This document shows, piece by piece, positions 1-12,635 of a stretch of DNA of 64,000 nucleotides (its first letter is position 1; each line of letters starts with the position of its first letter). Made by a program: the position numbers and the translations under genes. The stretch spans positions 230,642,001 to 230,706,000 of the forward strand of contig NC_058368.1 of the NCBI RefSeq assembly GCF_018350175.1, in the 5' to 3' direction. Below the pieces are notes generated by a model. It was not told where the DNA came from. It worked only from the letters and a program-made list of their open reading frames with translations, and made no database searches. This stretch comes from Felis catus. Lineage: Eukaryota.

Positions 1-776
1 CCTCGTCCTACATCCTCCCTCACCTAAGCCCATACCCAGGAACCATGGCTGGCCCTCTCCTCTCCTTCACGTGTCTGCATCCATCCCACCAGAAAGCCCC
101 ACACTTCTGCTTCTGTCTGCTTCTTCCTATGGTCATGACCGTGAGACAGCTGGCTTCTTTCTTCTGGATGATTGCCACAGACCTGTAACTGGGTTCTCCA
201 CCCTCAGGCTGCCTCCTCTCCAGGCCATTCTCCAAAGGGCAAGCAGGGCAGACTTTCTAGAAAGCAACTTTGACTAAGTGGCTCTTGGGAGCCATACCTT
301 CCAGTGGTTCCCGTTGCCTCAGGATGGAGTCCAAACATCTTAGTTCAGGCCTCGAGACCTTTTAGGAGCAGCCTCAGCCTAGCTCCCCAGCTCACCCCTG
401 GCCTTCTGCCTACATGTAGCCACCAGCTATACTGAACTCCTGTGTCCCCAGGTCACTTTCCCTCCTTCTCTCCCCACCCTCCCAAGCCCTTCCACAGTCC
501 ATGCCCCACCACCCCACTTGCCCACCTAATCTTCTTCATTTGTCCTACATTTTCTATATCACCTACCCTGAAAATCATCCTTCTGACCTCTTCTCCAGGG
601 CTGAATTAAGGCCATTCCTTATAATGTCAAATAACTGGAAGGTATTTCCATTTGAATGAATAAAAAATTTTCAATTCAAACTTCTAAGCATTATGAATAG
701 TTGGAGCTTACAGCTAAAAAGGTTGCAGCAGAAGGTGCCATAATATTTAATATCTAAAAAGAATTTTTTGTACTTT

Positions 777-989
777 AAAAAAAATGTTTATTTGTTTTGA
801 GAGAGAGAAAGAGAGAGAGAAAGCACGAGTGGGGAAGGGGAGAGGGAGAGGGAGGAGGAGAATCCCAAGCAGGCTCCACACTGTCAGTGCAAAACCCAGC
901 ACAGGGCTCAGTCCCACAAACCATGAGATCATGACCTGAGCTGAAACCAAGAGTTGGATGTTTAACCAACTGAGCCACCCAGGTGCCCC
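777..989 (-). mobile_element. Can-SINE (SINEC_Fc-like)
   Basis: tRNA-derived head (reverse complement ggggcacctgggtggctcag), (CT)n tract and tail. Imperfect TSD agaattttttgtacttt / agatttatttgtacttt. Confidence 0.95.
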
Positions 990-1147
990 AGATTTATTTG
1001 TACTTTTATAGAAAACAATTTTCTTGCTTGGTTCAAATATTAATTGCGGGAGGATTTGCATTGTGAACTTATATCACAAGTCATTTCTTAATAGAAATGG
1101 CAATGAAACTTGCCTCTGACTCTAGTACAATTAAAATATCAACCCCT

Positions 1148-1314
1148 GGGGCGCCTGGGTGACTCAGTTGAGTAAACGTCCGACTTCGGCTCAGATCATG
1201 ATCGCACGGTTCACGGGTTCGAGCCCCGCATCGGGCTCTGTGCTGACAGCTCAGAGCCTGGAGCTTGCTTTGGATTCCGTGTCTCCTCTCTCTCTCTGCC
1301 CCTCCTCGGTTCGT

Positions 1315-1358
<44 letters not shown>

Positions 1359-1383
1359 TCTCAAAAATAAATAAACATGAAAA
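1148..1383 (+). mobile_element. Can-SINE (SINEC_Fc-like)
   Basis: ggggcgcctgggtgactcag head, B-box ggttcgagccc, (CT)n, aataaa tail. TSD aaaatatcaacccct / aaaataccaactcct. Confidence 0.96.
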
Positions 1384-3496
1384 AAAATACCAACTCCTAA
1401 AGAGCAAAATCCTGAATTACATGCAAAATGAGCAAACACTGCCTGAAAGAGGCTGCACTACTATGTGCTAGAAAATTGGAAGGAAGAAAACGAATAAACC
1501 CAGTCTATCCCTCGGGCAAAAATAAAGCAGATGGCTCCACTTTTTTTAAACTTGAGGTTCTTAGTTTACTTGAACTACTTTGATTACTCTGTTCTCCAAA
1601 CTTCTCGATTTCCCCTCTTGGCTGCCAGTGTCTGAAGGCTTTGTATGCAACCCTCGGCTTAATGACATGGAAAATTGGCATTTATCTCCTTCCTAGCCAG
1701 TACAGATCATTGTTTTATTGGTCTTCATGAGGCGTTAGGTCCAAGACCAATGTGCTGGATCTTCCTGAACACAAATTCAGTAACAGGATTGGGTTTTAAA
1801 ATGTCTGTGGCCTGTTTTGCCTTAAAGTGTTCTGTACCCAGCAGTCACTGAAAATGTAGGCTTGCTTATCGCTGGGACTCAGATGGGAACCAGATTTAGC
1901 ACATTGTTTTTAGGCTTTGGATCCAAATCTTTCTTCCATCATAGTTAAACGGTTCTATGTTAGTATTCAGTCAGTAAAGGTGCAAACGAGGTCATCACGC
2001 TCGCGCTCATGTTAGGGCAAAATGACCTCTTAATAAGGGATTCCAAGGAGCAAGCCTGAAGGTTTCACTGGCTGGTGTTGTTCCCCCCTTCTTGCGGTTG
2101 GCCCCTCGGTCAGGTTGCCGGCCAGGAGGTTCCCTGCCACCTGCCACGGCATCTGTCTTGCGCGGGACTCATTCCTAGATCTCCAGCTCAGCACCGCGGC
2201 TCTTTGTTATTTCTGTCTCTCTGTACCTCCAGGCCACGTGCTGGTCTCTGGGTCTCAGCGGCACTCAGCTGGTAAGGCCACTGTACCCCACAAAGACGAC
2301 CCCAGAGGGTTCCAAGAAAAGCTTCACTGGCAACCTGCAGTCACCCCAGGCCATCGTGTGATGCCAGGGGGACCCTCCTCGGGTGATCACTCAATGAGAA
2401 ATCATGGCCCTCCAGGCACAGTGGGCCCGCTCCGTCTTCTGAGGCACAGATATATCCTGAGATGGAGCAGACGTTGCAGGAAGGCTCAGGGCACCACAGC
2501 GAAAATGCCTCTGAGTATCGGGTGCAGAAAGAAAAGGATCAGGAATGAGGGAAATGTACCTCTGTTCTTGCATTGCTTTGTTTCTGCCTGGACTTCCTGC
2601 TTAGAAAACACGCTGGGCTCTTAAAACAGACTGTGGAAAGGGAGAGAACAGTCCCTATTGTCAAGGAGGGGGTCACAGTGTTTAGCTTATGATACTGAGC
2701 CTTATTAGTTTGCTCTAAGAAATTCAAAGGGCTCCAGAGAGAACAGCATCCACTCAACCTGTCCATGAGTGAATTAAAATCCCTGGTCCAAAAATGCAGG
2801 AGTCAAATCAAAGCCAGATCAGATGTCAGAATCGCCCTCGTGTTGACAATCATCTGGGTTAGAAACCAGACTGATTCTTTCCACTAATATTCACCGCCCA
2901 GTGTTCTCGCAGCTGTACTCCTATCGTGGCCCCCACCCAGAAACATCCGTTATCTTTCACAATGAGCTGGTGTCTCCCGGAATGCCAAATTGTTTGTGCT
3001 GGAAACCGAGTAAAGTCGTGTTTCTCTGGATAGAGATATTGTATTCATTCTTGCCGTCGGGATGAGAGAAGCAGAACATAAAACGAATCTTTAAATGTCC
3101 TTCCTTTTATTGTCGGGAAGATAGACTCTCAGGTTGTGCGCACCATTCAGCCAGTGACTAATGAGCTTAGGGAGGATTGGAGTCGTGCCCTTCACGGCCC
3201 GTCTCACACAGGGCTCCCTTTTCTTACTGCCGCCGTGTTCATTTCATTGGCTCTTGCCATCACTGCACTCACAAAACAAGAAATCAATAAGTAATTATAG
3301 ATGGGTGAGGGATGCCTGCAGATTTCCTCCAATGTCCAGACCATAGAGGATGAGAGAGTGGACACAGCCCTTGTGTGGTTTTTCACTGCTTTGGGGAGGC
3401 CACAATGCACAGACGAGCCCATGGTCCCTCTGCCACAAGTGGGAGTCGTGGACTCGTCATCCTCACCTGCTAGACATTGAAAAAATCAGTACTGGA

Positions 3497-3699
3497 GGGG
3501 CGTGTAGGTGGCTCAGTCGGTTAAGTGTCCAACTTCGGCCAGGTCTTGAACTCACGTCCCACATCAGGCTCTGCGCTGACAGCTCGGAGCCTGGAGCCCG
3601 CTTCGGATTCTGTGTCTCCCTCTCTCTCTGCCCCTCCCCCACTCACACTCTATCTCTCTCTCTCTCTCTCAAAATAAATAAACATGAAAAAAAAAATTT
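3497..3699 (+). mobile_element. Can-SINE with internal deletion
   Basis: SINE head, (CT)n and A tail. Perfect 15-bp TSD aaaatcagtactgga at 3482-3496 and 3700-3714. Confidence 0.95.
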
Positions 3700-6600
3700 A
3701 AAATCAGTACTGGATCCCAGTGAGAACTGGAAAGCGGTTTTGAAATATTGTCAAGAAAAAAACACAACGGTGTCAAAATTTCAAAATTTTGATCTTTAAG
3801 CTTTACGGTAAGAAGGGCTTTCACATGTTGCCATTTTGAAAATTAGATTTTTGCTTTGCGAGTATCTAAGATGTTGATGGAAAAGCAGTAAATCCTCTAT
3901 AGACATAAATTAAGCTACTGAGTGTAGAGCTGTCATTTTATCAAGGAATTTATTAATCTTTCTAATGTGCCGGAAAAATTCTTCAAGAGATGACTGGAAG
4001 GACATAAGGACTTCAGCCAGTTTCTAGAACAACCCAAGCCCAGTATCCTCAAGACTTATAATCGCAACTCCTCAGGTTCTTTCTTTTCTAAATCACTTGA
4101 TGTCAAGTTGGGGTAAGAAACAAACAGGCGGAGGTTAAACTCAGCTATGATACTGTCTCCTCCATAAATCCGGGCGTTTGCTTGTTGACGTTTATATCGA
4201 CAAATAAGGTCTCTCTTCATGAGGTCCCCTGACCTCTCTGAGACACTTCTCAGACACTCATCATATGATATCTGTCCAAAAACAAAGGCACAAATGGGAA
4301 GAGAAGCAAAAATCAATTGTGCAAAAGTGGAAATCGATGCACATGGCAGTTGCTAAACAAGAAGTGACTAAGTTATAGCTATTGCTGGGATGGATGTCCA
4401 CGTCGGGAAATCCTGCAGAGCGGCGCCCAAACTGAACGTTTCCTCTGTGCCTCCACTCTTCCACGAGGCTTTACCCATAACGTTTTAAATCAAAACCCAC
4501 AAAAATACCCCAGAGACCAAAGGCAGGGAAAAAGGATTGAATCAGGAACAAGAAAATTCCCTACGCTTAATGTGAGTCTACAACCATTCTTGTTTCTTAC
4601 TTTAAGCAATTAGCTGAACCTTATCTGCTGTTTTTTAGTGGATGACAGCAGTTGGGATGATGTTATTTATGTCTATGAGAGCCTTAATTGCTTGAGCAGA
4701 AAGAGTGTGATCAGTTTCTTCCCCGTTCCTATCTCTCCCTCACCTAAGCTGTTCCTTCCCCTGTCCCGACCCCATCCACCCACCAGGCTCTGGAAGGGAA
4801 GGAAGAAGAGAGGCGAGCATAGCCCAGCCTGGCCAGTGAGGTTTTAGCCTGTCGTTGGTCCTTCTCTCGTGGGAGCAGTGATGTGGTTCGCTCAGAAGAA
4901 CCCCCTCGCAACTGAGAACCCCTGGCCTGGGCCTAGCCTCCCCCGGCTAACTCTTCTGATTTCTCCATCAGCCTCAGGATTCCACTGCTCTACTGCACAT
5001 AAGTCAGGGTGGGTGCAGGTTCTCTGCCTCTGTAGCATAGGTAGTTTTGGAAGTCTGGATTCAGAAGAAGCGTAGGCTTTGTGAATATACATTTCTGGAC
5101 AGGTCTTGGAAGGGGCTCAGGCAGTGGATAGGCCTGGGATCTAAGCTGTTGGAGCTCCATGATCAGTCCATCTCTGCCGCTGAGTCTGTGTATCTGCTGA
5201 AGACACCAGTCCCTGCAAACCCCGCCCTCCAGAGAGTCCATGGTCATGCTGAATGGGTAGTTCGCTCCCCAGGCTTCAGAAGAGAGAAAGTGGGGAATGC
5301 CCAGCCCATCAGCCATCTCCAAGGAAGCTCTCCCCACTTGCAAGCTCTGTGCCCTCTAGTGAATTCTCAGCCTGATCTTGTAGATTCTGGACCTGAGACA
5401 TGCTAACCCTGAAGACTGTATTTTGTCTTTTGTCTCGCATAAGAGTGTAACAGTCCTGGTCTGACACCACACCTCCCAGACCAGGGCTTCTGGTTCCTTC
5501 TATCAGTATTCACCGTCTCTGTTCATTCTCCACCATTGGCTAGCACTGTGTCCACATTCCAAGCAGCTGGAGAGGAAGAGAGAAGAGGAGGGCATAGCTT
5601 CCGTATTCCCAGGTCTTAGTCACATGGCCATACCTCCCTGCAGGGGAGCTGAGAACGAGGCTAACCAAAAAACAGAGTTTTTATTGCAAAGTGGGAAAAT
5701 GAAAGAGAAGGCTACTGAGATGCTTACCCCCACCACATTCACATGAGGTGGGCTAACACCAATGGCCTTTTGGTATTGGTAGCCAGTATTTACAAAAACC
5801 ACATTCTTCAGAAGATCCCCCAGTGCTTTCATTAAGTTGAAAATCCTCCTACAATAATTTCCAGTTGGCTTCAATTATGAAGACTGTCTCATGTCCGTGA
5901 ATCCTTGGTCCATGCAGAGAGACCAGTTCAGTGGGGAATGAGGAAGGACAGTAACGTTTCAGACACTTCCTGTCACTTGAGCAGTGCAAGGTATATTGGC
6001 TGCACCTCAGGGAAGAAGTGCGGAGGTCGTGGGGTGTGGATACACCTCAGACATTTCCTGTTGTTGCTCCTTGTTCTGTTGTAGCACGGTGCCCCTGACA
6101 GGCTGTCAGCAGCCCCCTGTGATGAAGCTGAAATAGGCAACATCAAAAATATAAAATACACATCAATTGCTTTTTTCTCGGCACCAGTCTGTACTGTAAC
6201 GCCCCCATCATCTCTCCCTTCTTGTTTAACGACATGTGATTCTCTTGGAGCCATCGTCATAATCCTATTAGCAAATGGCCATCCCTAGTTACTTCATTCA
6301 TTCATCCAACACATGTTTATTGAGTCCCTACTCTAGCCCAAGCTGTGTTGTACGTAGTGGAAATACAGAAGTAAATATCTACCTATTGGATCAACTTTTC
6401 CAAATACACCATGGCACTTCAGCCGTGATTTCTTGCTTGCTTTATTTTATGCTTCTCTTTCTTGAGTCCTGTTCCAAAATATGTTTTTCTTACTTAATAT
6501 CCATGCTTCCTATTACATCTTCTTTGAGTGAGAACCTTACTCTGTTGATTTTCCTCTTGTGTCTTCCGCCTCTCCCAATCATCATTTCTCCTCTGTGGGG

Positions 6601-7209
6601 ACACATTCTCTCTGTACTTCTGTCTTAAAAACAAGAAATGTCCTCTCCTGCCCATCCTCCTCCATCTTCTGCCTTATCACTTCCTGTCCTCACATTTCCC
6701 ACCCTCACAGTCACGTTTCTAGAAGGTTTGGAGTTCATGTATCGTGCCTGCTTTCTCACTTTCTCTGTTAGGCTCTCACCCCCAAAATGTGACATGATGT
6801 CTGTCCTCATGCCTCTCTTGAAATTGCTCCTGATCACAGTGTTCAACCAGTTCCACTGTCCGTGTTCATCAGGGAAGGCTTCCAGCTGAGCCAAGCAAAC
6901 CTAAACGTCCAATGATACAACTTGATAGAAGTTTATTTTCCTGTTCCTGCAACCATTCTGGAACAGGTGTTCACGTGGGCAGATCAGCTCTTCTCTTTGT
7001 GGACGTTCAGGAGCCCGGAGCCCAGAGTCCTACCGTGTGTAAGGCTGTAAGACCTGCCACCATACTAGCAATGGCACATCCCCATCCCTCTGCCCTCAAT
7101 GGGCTAGATCCCCATCACATAGCCATAGGAAGCTGCAAGGCAAGCTGGAACATGGGGGTTCGGTGTGTGTCCAGGAACAAAAGGAAATGGATTTGGATGA
7201 GCGATTAGC

Positions 7210-8395
7210 AGTCCTGACCATCTCCTCCTCCCTTGCATGATCTCCTCTGGGCTTCTCTGCCCCCACTCCTTCCTGCCTGGTTTTTCTCTGACCTCCCAAG
7301 GCACTCCCACTCAGTCTTTTGTGCGGGCCCCTGGTCTTCCCTGAGGCATCTTTGCTTTTCTCCCTATTCCTTCCATTATAGATGAGCTCATCTGCTCCCT
7401 TGTGTTAAAAATACATTTGAATGCCAATGGCATCTACATTTATTTCTCTACATGGTCTTCACTCCTAAACTCAAGCCTATATACACAATGCATGTGACAT
7501 CTCAACTTCAGTAGATCACAAGCTCTAACAGTCCACACATCCAACAAGCCGCTCTCCATATCTCCCCCAAATCTGTTCTTCCATTGTCGCCCATCTCAGT
7601 AAAGAGCACCCACTTGGTTGTTCTTTTCAGAAGTCCGGGAGTTATCTCAGTGTACCTCTTTCTTCCTTATCTCCACTGTACTTTCTACCAAGCCCTACAG
7701 GGTCTATTTTCTAAATATCTCTCAAGTCCAGCTACCTCTCCCATCATTACCTCCATCACCATCATGGTGGACCGCTAGTCCTGGTCCAGTTGCTGCCTGA
7801 TTGGTTTTGTGGAATCTACTTTACCATCTTCAGCCTGTTGTCCATTAAGCATTCAGAATACACTTTTATAAATCCAGTTCTAGCCTTGTCAGTGTCCTGC
7901 TTTAAAACTCATCAGTAGCTTCCAGTATCTCTCAAGAGAAAGCCTTACTCGTCTCTCCAAGCTCACCTCCCTCTACCTCTTCTCAGTCACTTGCAGCTAC
8001 TCTGGCCTCCTAGTTCCCTTCTGTGCTCTTCCTTACAGGCACAAAGCTGTGCCCACCTCAGGGCTTTTGCACTGCATGGGCATAGGTTCATTCCTCAGCA
8101 AAACATGCCTTTTCTCCTCTCCCACCAAGCCTATCTATTTCCATCTCATTTTAATGGTCACTTCCTCAAGGAAATCTCCCTGACTCTCTCCAACCCTCCA
8201 AGGCTAGTAAAGAACCCTTATAATCACTTGTACTTTTTCTTCATGGCTCTTACCAGAAAAGTAATGTGATGTGATCATGTCTTAAATGTCCATCTCCCCT
8301 CTATCTCCCCCTCAGGAGCCATTGCTACCTCCCTCTGTTCTAGCCCCTGTGCCCAGAACAGTGCCAGGCACTTATTAATGTTTATTAAATAAACC
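7210..8395 (+). mobile_element. L2 LINE 3' fragment
   Basis: Pyrimidine-rich L2-type motifs (ccatctcagtaaa, cagggcttttgcact, cacttcctcaaggaa), ending cagtgccaggcactta. Confidence 0.7.
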
Positions 8396-8988
8396 CAGCA
8401 ATGTCCCCACTCTAGAGCTGAAGCTTAGCAGAAGACGCGTTCGGTGACCCTGCTTCCATGTCCACGGTCTGCAGCACGTTTCAGTAGGGGGGGATGGGAA
8501 GACATCAAGGTTGGGACCCGGACTGAGCTTTGAACTTGCTGATCACTGATGAGTATAGATATAAAAGACTTGACTTTTCAGATGTCAGAATGGGGCGCAC
8601 TAGAAATGAGACATTTGAATTTGTCAAACACTGGACTTTCTTCAGTTCACCCCGAATTTAATTTTGCAGCACGAACTGAACGCAGAGGGCATTGTTAAAG
8701 ATCATCCACCTCAGGTCTTTGTTTTAAGGCCTCAGAAGGGACACCAGGGAAACAAAAGAACTGAACTGGTCTTATTTCAATTTTCTGAGAGTTTTTCCTG
8801 CATTCTGTTGGTACCAGTTAACTACTGGTCGTTAACAATGGCACGCTTTCTTTGACCAACTTCTATAAATTTCTTTCCAGCCTGTTGAGTCTTCTCAGTC
8901 ATCTTAATTCTTCAGAATTAGACCCATGGCAGTAAATTGAATTCCTGAAATAGATTTAGTTGGTATTCGCTTTGAAAAAAAGATGGTA

Positions 8989-9195
8989 CGGGTTTCCCCC
9001 ACTGTCCCAAAGTAGAGTGCTCCTATAAAACCTTTTGTAAACTGAAATCGTGTAAAGTGAAGCAGCAATTTCCATTTCATAAAAGCAGAAATCCTCTGTG
9101 GATTTCTTCCATTTAGTGAAAACGGGTTCTAAGGTAAGTCCTTCATAAGGGAAAAAATGGCGTCAAGTGAACTTTGGGATAGAGGGGGAAATCTG
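8989..9195. mobile_element. TcMar-Tigger-type MITE (MER82-like)
   Basis: About 25-bp terminal inverted repeats (cgggtttcccccactgtcccaaagt / actttgggatagagggggaaatctg), flanked by TA on both sides (8987-8988, 9196-9197). Confidence 0.85.
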
Positions 9196-10560
9196 TACTA
9201 TAGAAGAAGCTTCTCCGTGTTTACTGTACCTTTAAGTAGCCAAATCAATTTAATTAAATTCCATTAGAAGCACCAGAGCTGAAACAAACTAATGAAAACA
9301 ACTGGTATGTCAGGTGGTATTTATTTCTGTATTAAACTGCAAATACTCCCTTTTGGCCCCTAAGATTTAGTTTAAATATTTAACTCTACTAGGTTTTGTT
9401 GTCGAATTGTTGATGGAATTAGTTTTAATGAATCTTTAACCAACATTTTACCTTAAAAAGAAATGGGAGCTTGTTTTATTACAGCAAAGGGAGGCTGAGA
9501 TTTCATTGACATGCAGACTCCGGCCTGGGCTTCAATCACGCCCGCGAATACCCTACTTCCCTTTTTTTCTACAAAATACCTTTCATTGAAATAAGAAGGA
9601 CGTTTGCATAACTACCACTAATTTGGAACCTCTTCTCTCTCTGCTTCATGTGATTACATTAATGGGCTTATTCCACTTAAAAATGACTGGAAAACTGGCA
9701 CAATGTTGAGCAATCAAGTTTTTCCTCAGTGAGCCATAATATCTTAGCTGGTTGCCTTTTCAAAGGATGTCAACAATTCATGTTTTGACTTTCATCTGAA
9801 AAATAGGTTCCTGATGAAGAAGTCCTGTTAGTGCGTGCAAGAAACAAGCTGTAAGCGTTCCAGTTTGAATGAGCGACTGCGCTTGGGTTGCTAAAAGCCC
9901 AAAGGGTTTCTACCACACTTCCTTTCTATCTCAGGTCACTCAAAGCAAATTAGAATTGACAAGCTTTATGGACTGAGAGCCTTCAAGGACAGCTAACGCA
10001 AAAAACTTGTATTTGTTACTTCAGAATCAAATAGTCTGTGTGTGCCTACTGAGAAATCCTTGTTTAGAGGCCAAGAAAATCTCATCAGATTAAGGACGTT
10101 CCAGAGCTGTTTTCAAAAGGGAGGAAAAACGCCAATGACCGTAGATGGGCTAACAGTGTCCTAGTATGTATCTTGGGTTCCCACTGCCATCTAGCTCAGT
10201 GGAAATAACAACTGTTCTCTATTTTCAGGTTAATTGTTGATTGGAGCTTTTGTCCAAGTCAGAGATGTCACTTAGCATTAGAAAAGATTTATTAAATCTA
10301 AATTCTAAGTATAGAAGAGAAGACTTCCAAAAATCACCTTGAAAATGGAGCTGTCAATGGGAACATCGCCATTTAACTTACCATTCGATGGGTGTTCACT
10401 CACTCCATCATCCTCCACCTGTTGCTGTCTAGTTTCCAAAGGGTTCCTTCTTCCAGAGGTCAGAGACCTCTAGGGAATTCACATGAAATTCCATTTTCTT
10501 TCATCGCATCTCCTGAACTATGTAACTGAGGATTTGGTATCTAACCACTTTTGCTCTCTC

Positions 10561-10784
10561 TTTTTTTTTTAATTTTTTTGAAAGTTTATTCATTTCTGAC
10601 AGGCAGAGTGTGAGCAGGGGAGGGGCAGGGAGAGAGAGAGAGAGGGAGACACAGAACCTGAAACAGGCTCCAGGCTCTGAGCTGTCAGTGCAGAGCCAGA
10701 CACAGGGCTCGAACTCACGAACCATGAGATGATGACCTGAGCCGAAGTCGGATGCTCAACCAACTTGGGTCACCCAGGCACCCC
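10561..10784 (-). mobile_element. Can-SINE
   Basis: T tail, (GA)n, acaggctccaggctctgagctgtcag body, cccaggcacccc head. Confidence 0.95.
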
Positions 10785-12489
10785 AGCCCTTTTTCTCTCT
10801 CTAATCACCAGATCCTCTCAACAGCCCCTGAGATATTTACCCTTCCACCATCTGTTTAAACTCTGTAGTATATACATGGGGTAACCTCTCTCCCTCATCC
10901 TTTGCCTCCCCCTCCATCTAACAGTGTCTTTCTGTCCTTCTGCATCACTTCTCTGATTCAGCATGGAGGCCAGGGGGTTGGGGGCTCAGCTGGGTGACAG
11001 GATGTTTCCTAGAAGTTGGGGGGTCGGGGGATAAATCTTCAAACACTCCCCCGTGGTTCAGCTTCACTCCATCTTACCAAACTGCTCTCCACACCTCCTG
11101 TCGGAGTGCCCTGCATCCCACTTTCTGGGGCAGTGACGCTGGGCACCAGTGTTCCCCACCCAGGAATGTCCCCACAGGAGACCCATTCAAAAACCATCCC
11201 TTCAGTCTGGGGAAGCACAGTCCGGGAATAGGTATGGGCTTCTGGACCCAACCTTAAAGGAAATTGGAGCAAAGCTAACAGAAAACATGACACGTCCTCC
11301 CTTCTCCCCTTCCTTCCTGGCTCTCCTGAGCATTTGTGTTTGCGGAGAGCTGAGTGTCTGTGCCGTGGACAGGTGCTGGTGTTTTCTGTGCTGCAGGAAG
11401 CAGTAGAGATGGGGGTGGGCTCAGTACGTGCTCTGAGAGCCACGAATGGAATCAGCGCCCATCTGGGGCCAGATGTGGCAGGTATAATGGTGCCTCAAAT
11501 TATCTACAAGATGGTTAAAGAGGAGGCTGTTTTATATACCTCACACTGAAACAGTGGCAGCTGAGGAAGAAATGACCATCTAAAATGGAGCAGGCAAGCC
11601 ATAGGCCTTTTTTTTTTTTTTAAGTGCCGTTTTACCTAAATAAACTAACACAGCCTTCAGCCCAGCGGTAAGCGTGTCATAAAAGACAGCTATACCGACG
11701 GCAGAAGATGATACTGATGAGGTTGCCCCAAGCTAGAATAAAAACATCATAAAGATCTGATGACCTTCATTTGTTACAGGACAATGGAGTATAAGAACTA
11801 TAGAAGCTGGCTATAAAGCCTATGACATTGATTATCATTTTGTTTTACAATAATCAGTGCAGTCCTCTTAAATCACTGGGTCCACCTACTATTTCTTAAG
11901 CTTCTCTGTGTTGCAGGTACTATGCCCAGGGACCTGGGCTTCAGAAATAAGCGAGGCCCGACCCTACCTCGCAGCTGGGGAGACGGGACCGCGGCGGTCC
12001 GTAGCGGGGTCGCCAAGTAGTTTGTTCATAGTGAAGCAAAAAAAATCTAGAATAGCAATGCTAAAGCCCCCCCCCCCCCCACCAAATCTGGGAGGCATAA
12101 TCCATTTAGCAATAGTGATTTAATGAACAGGTACTGCCTGCCTCCTCTTTACCTCGCACCAAAGTGTGCAGGATACCTAAGATCTGTCAGGAAGAGGTAG
12201 GGAAGGGGCTGTGCCAGGTTGTGGAACTGCCTGATCCGAGGTGCAGACATGCGAAATTGAATCACATGGCCGGTGGGTGCTGGGTAATCGGATATGATTG
12301 GGGTTCTGTGTGTGTGTGTGGCACCTCTCAGCTCTGAGGTTGGGACCTATTTTTGTTCCTGTAGAAGTCAACCTTGAGAAGGCCTTTTCTGACATTCCCC
12401 AGGGAAGTCAGACATTCAGAGCCTCCTAGGATTCAACGCTTGAAAACGTATTCTGAATCCCTATTAGTCACCACGGCCTGTGCACAGAA

Positions 12490-12635
12490 ACTTCAAACCA
12501 GCAGGTCACTGTCCCTACATCACCCAGGGGGCTTTTGAAAATACCAATGCCCGGGCCCTACTCAGAACAATTTAAATGGGAATCTCAGGGCCTGAGACCC
12601 AGGCATTACTATTTTGAAACCTCCCCAAGCTGATT
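12490..12635. mobile_element. MER5-like hAT-Charlie fragment
   Basis: catcacccagggggcttttgaaaataccaatgcccgggccc...cccaggcat...ctccccaagctgatt motif series. Confidence 0.65.

Noticed and set aside
747..1471. Recurring ORFs such as GAPGWLSWL..SAQVMIS and ERERERE, also at 21246, 53217, 57040 and 63259
   Set aside because: All are translations of Can-SINE sequence.
11950..12015. Small CpG-rich patch with the palindrome ggaccgc-g-gcggtcc
   Set aside because: Far too short for a CpG island; a 7-bp inverted repeat is expected by chance in 64 kb.
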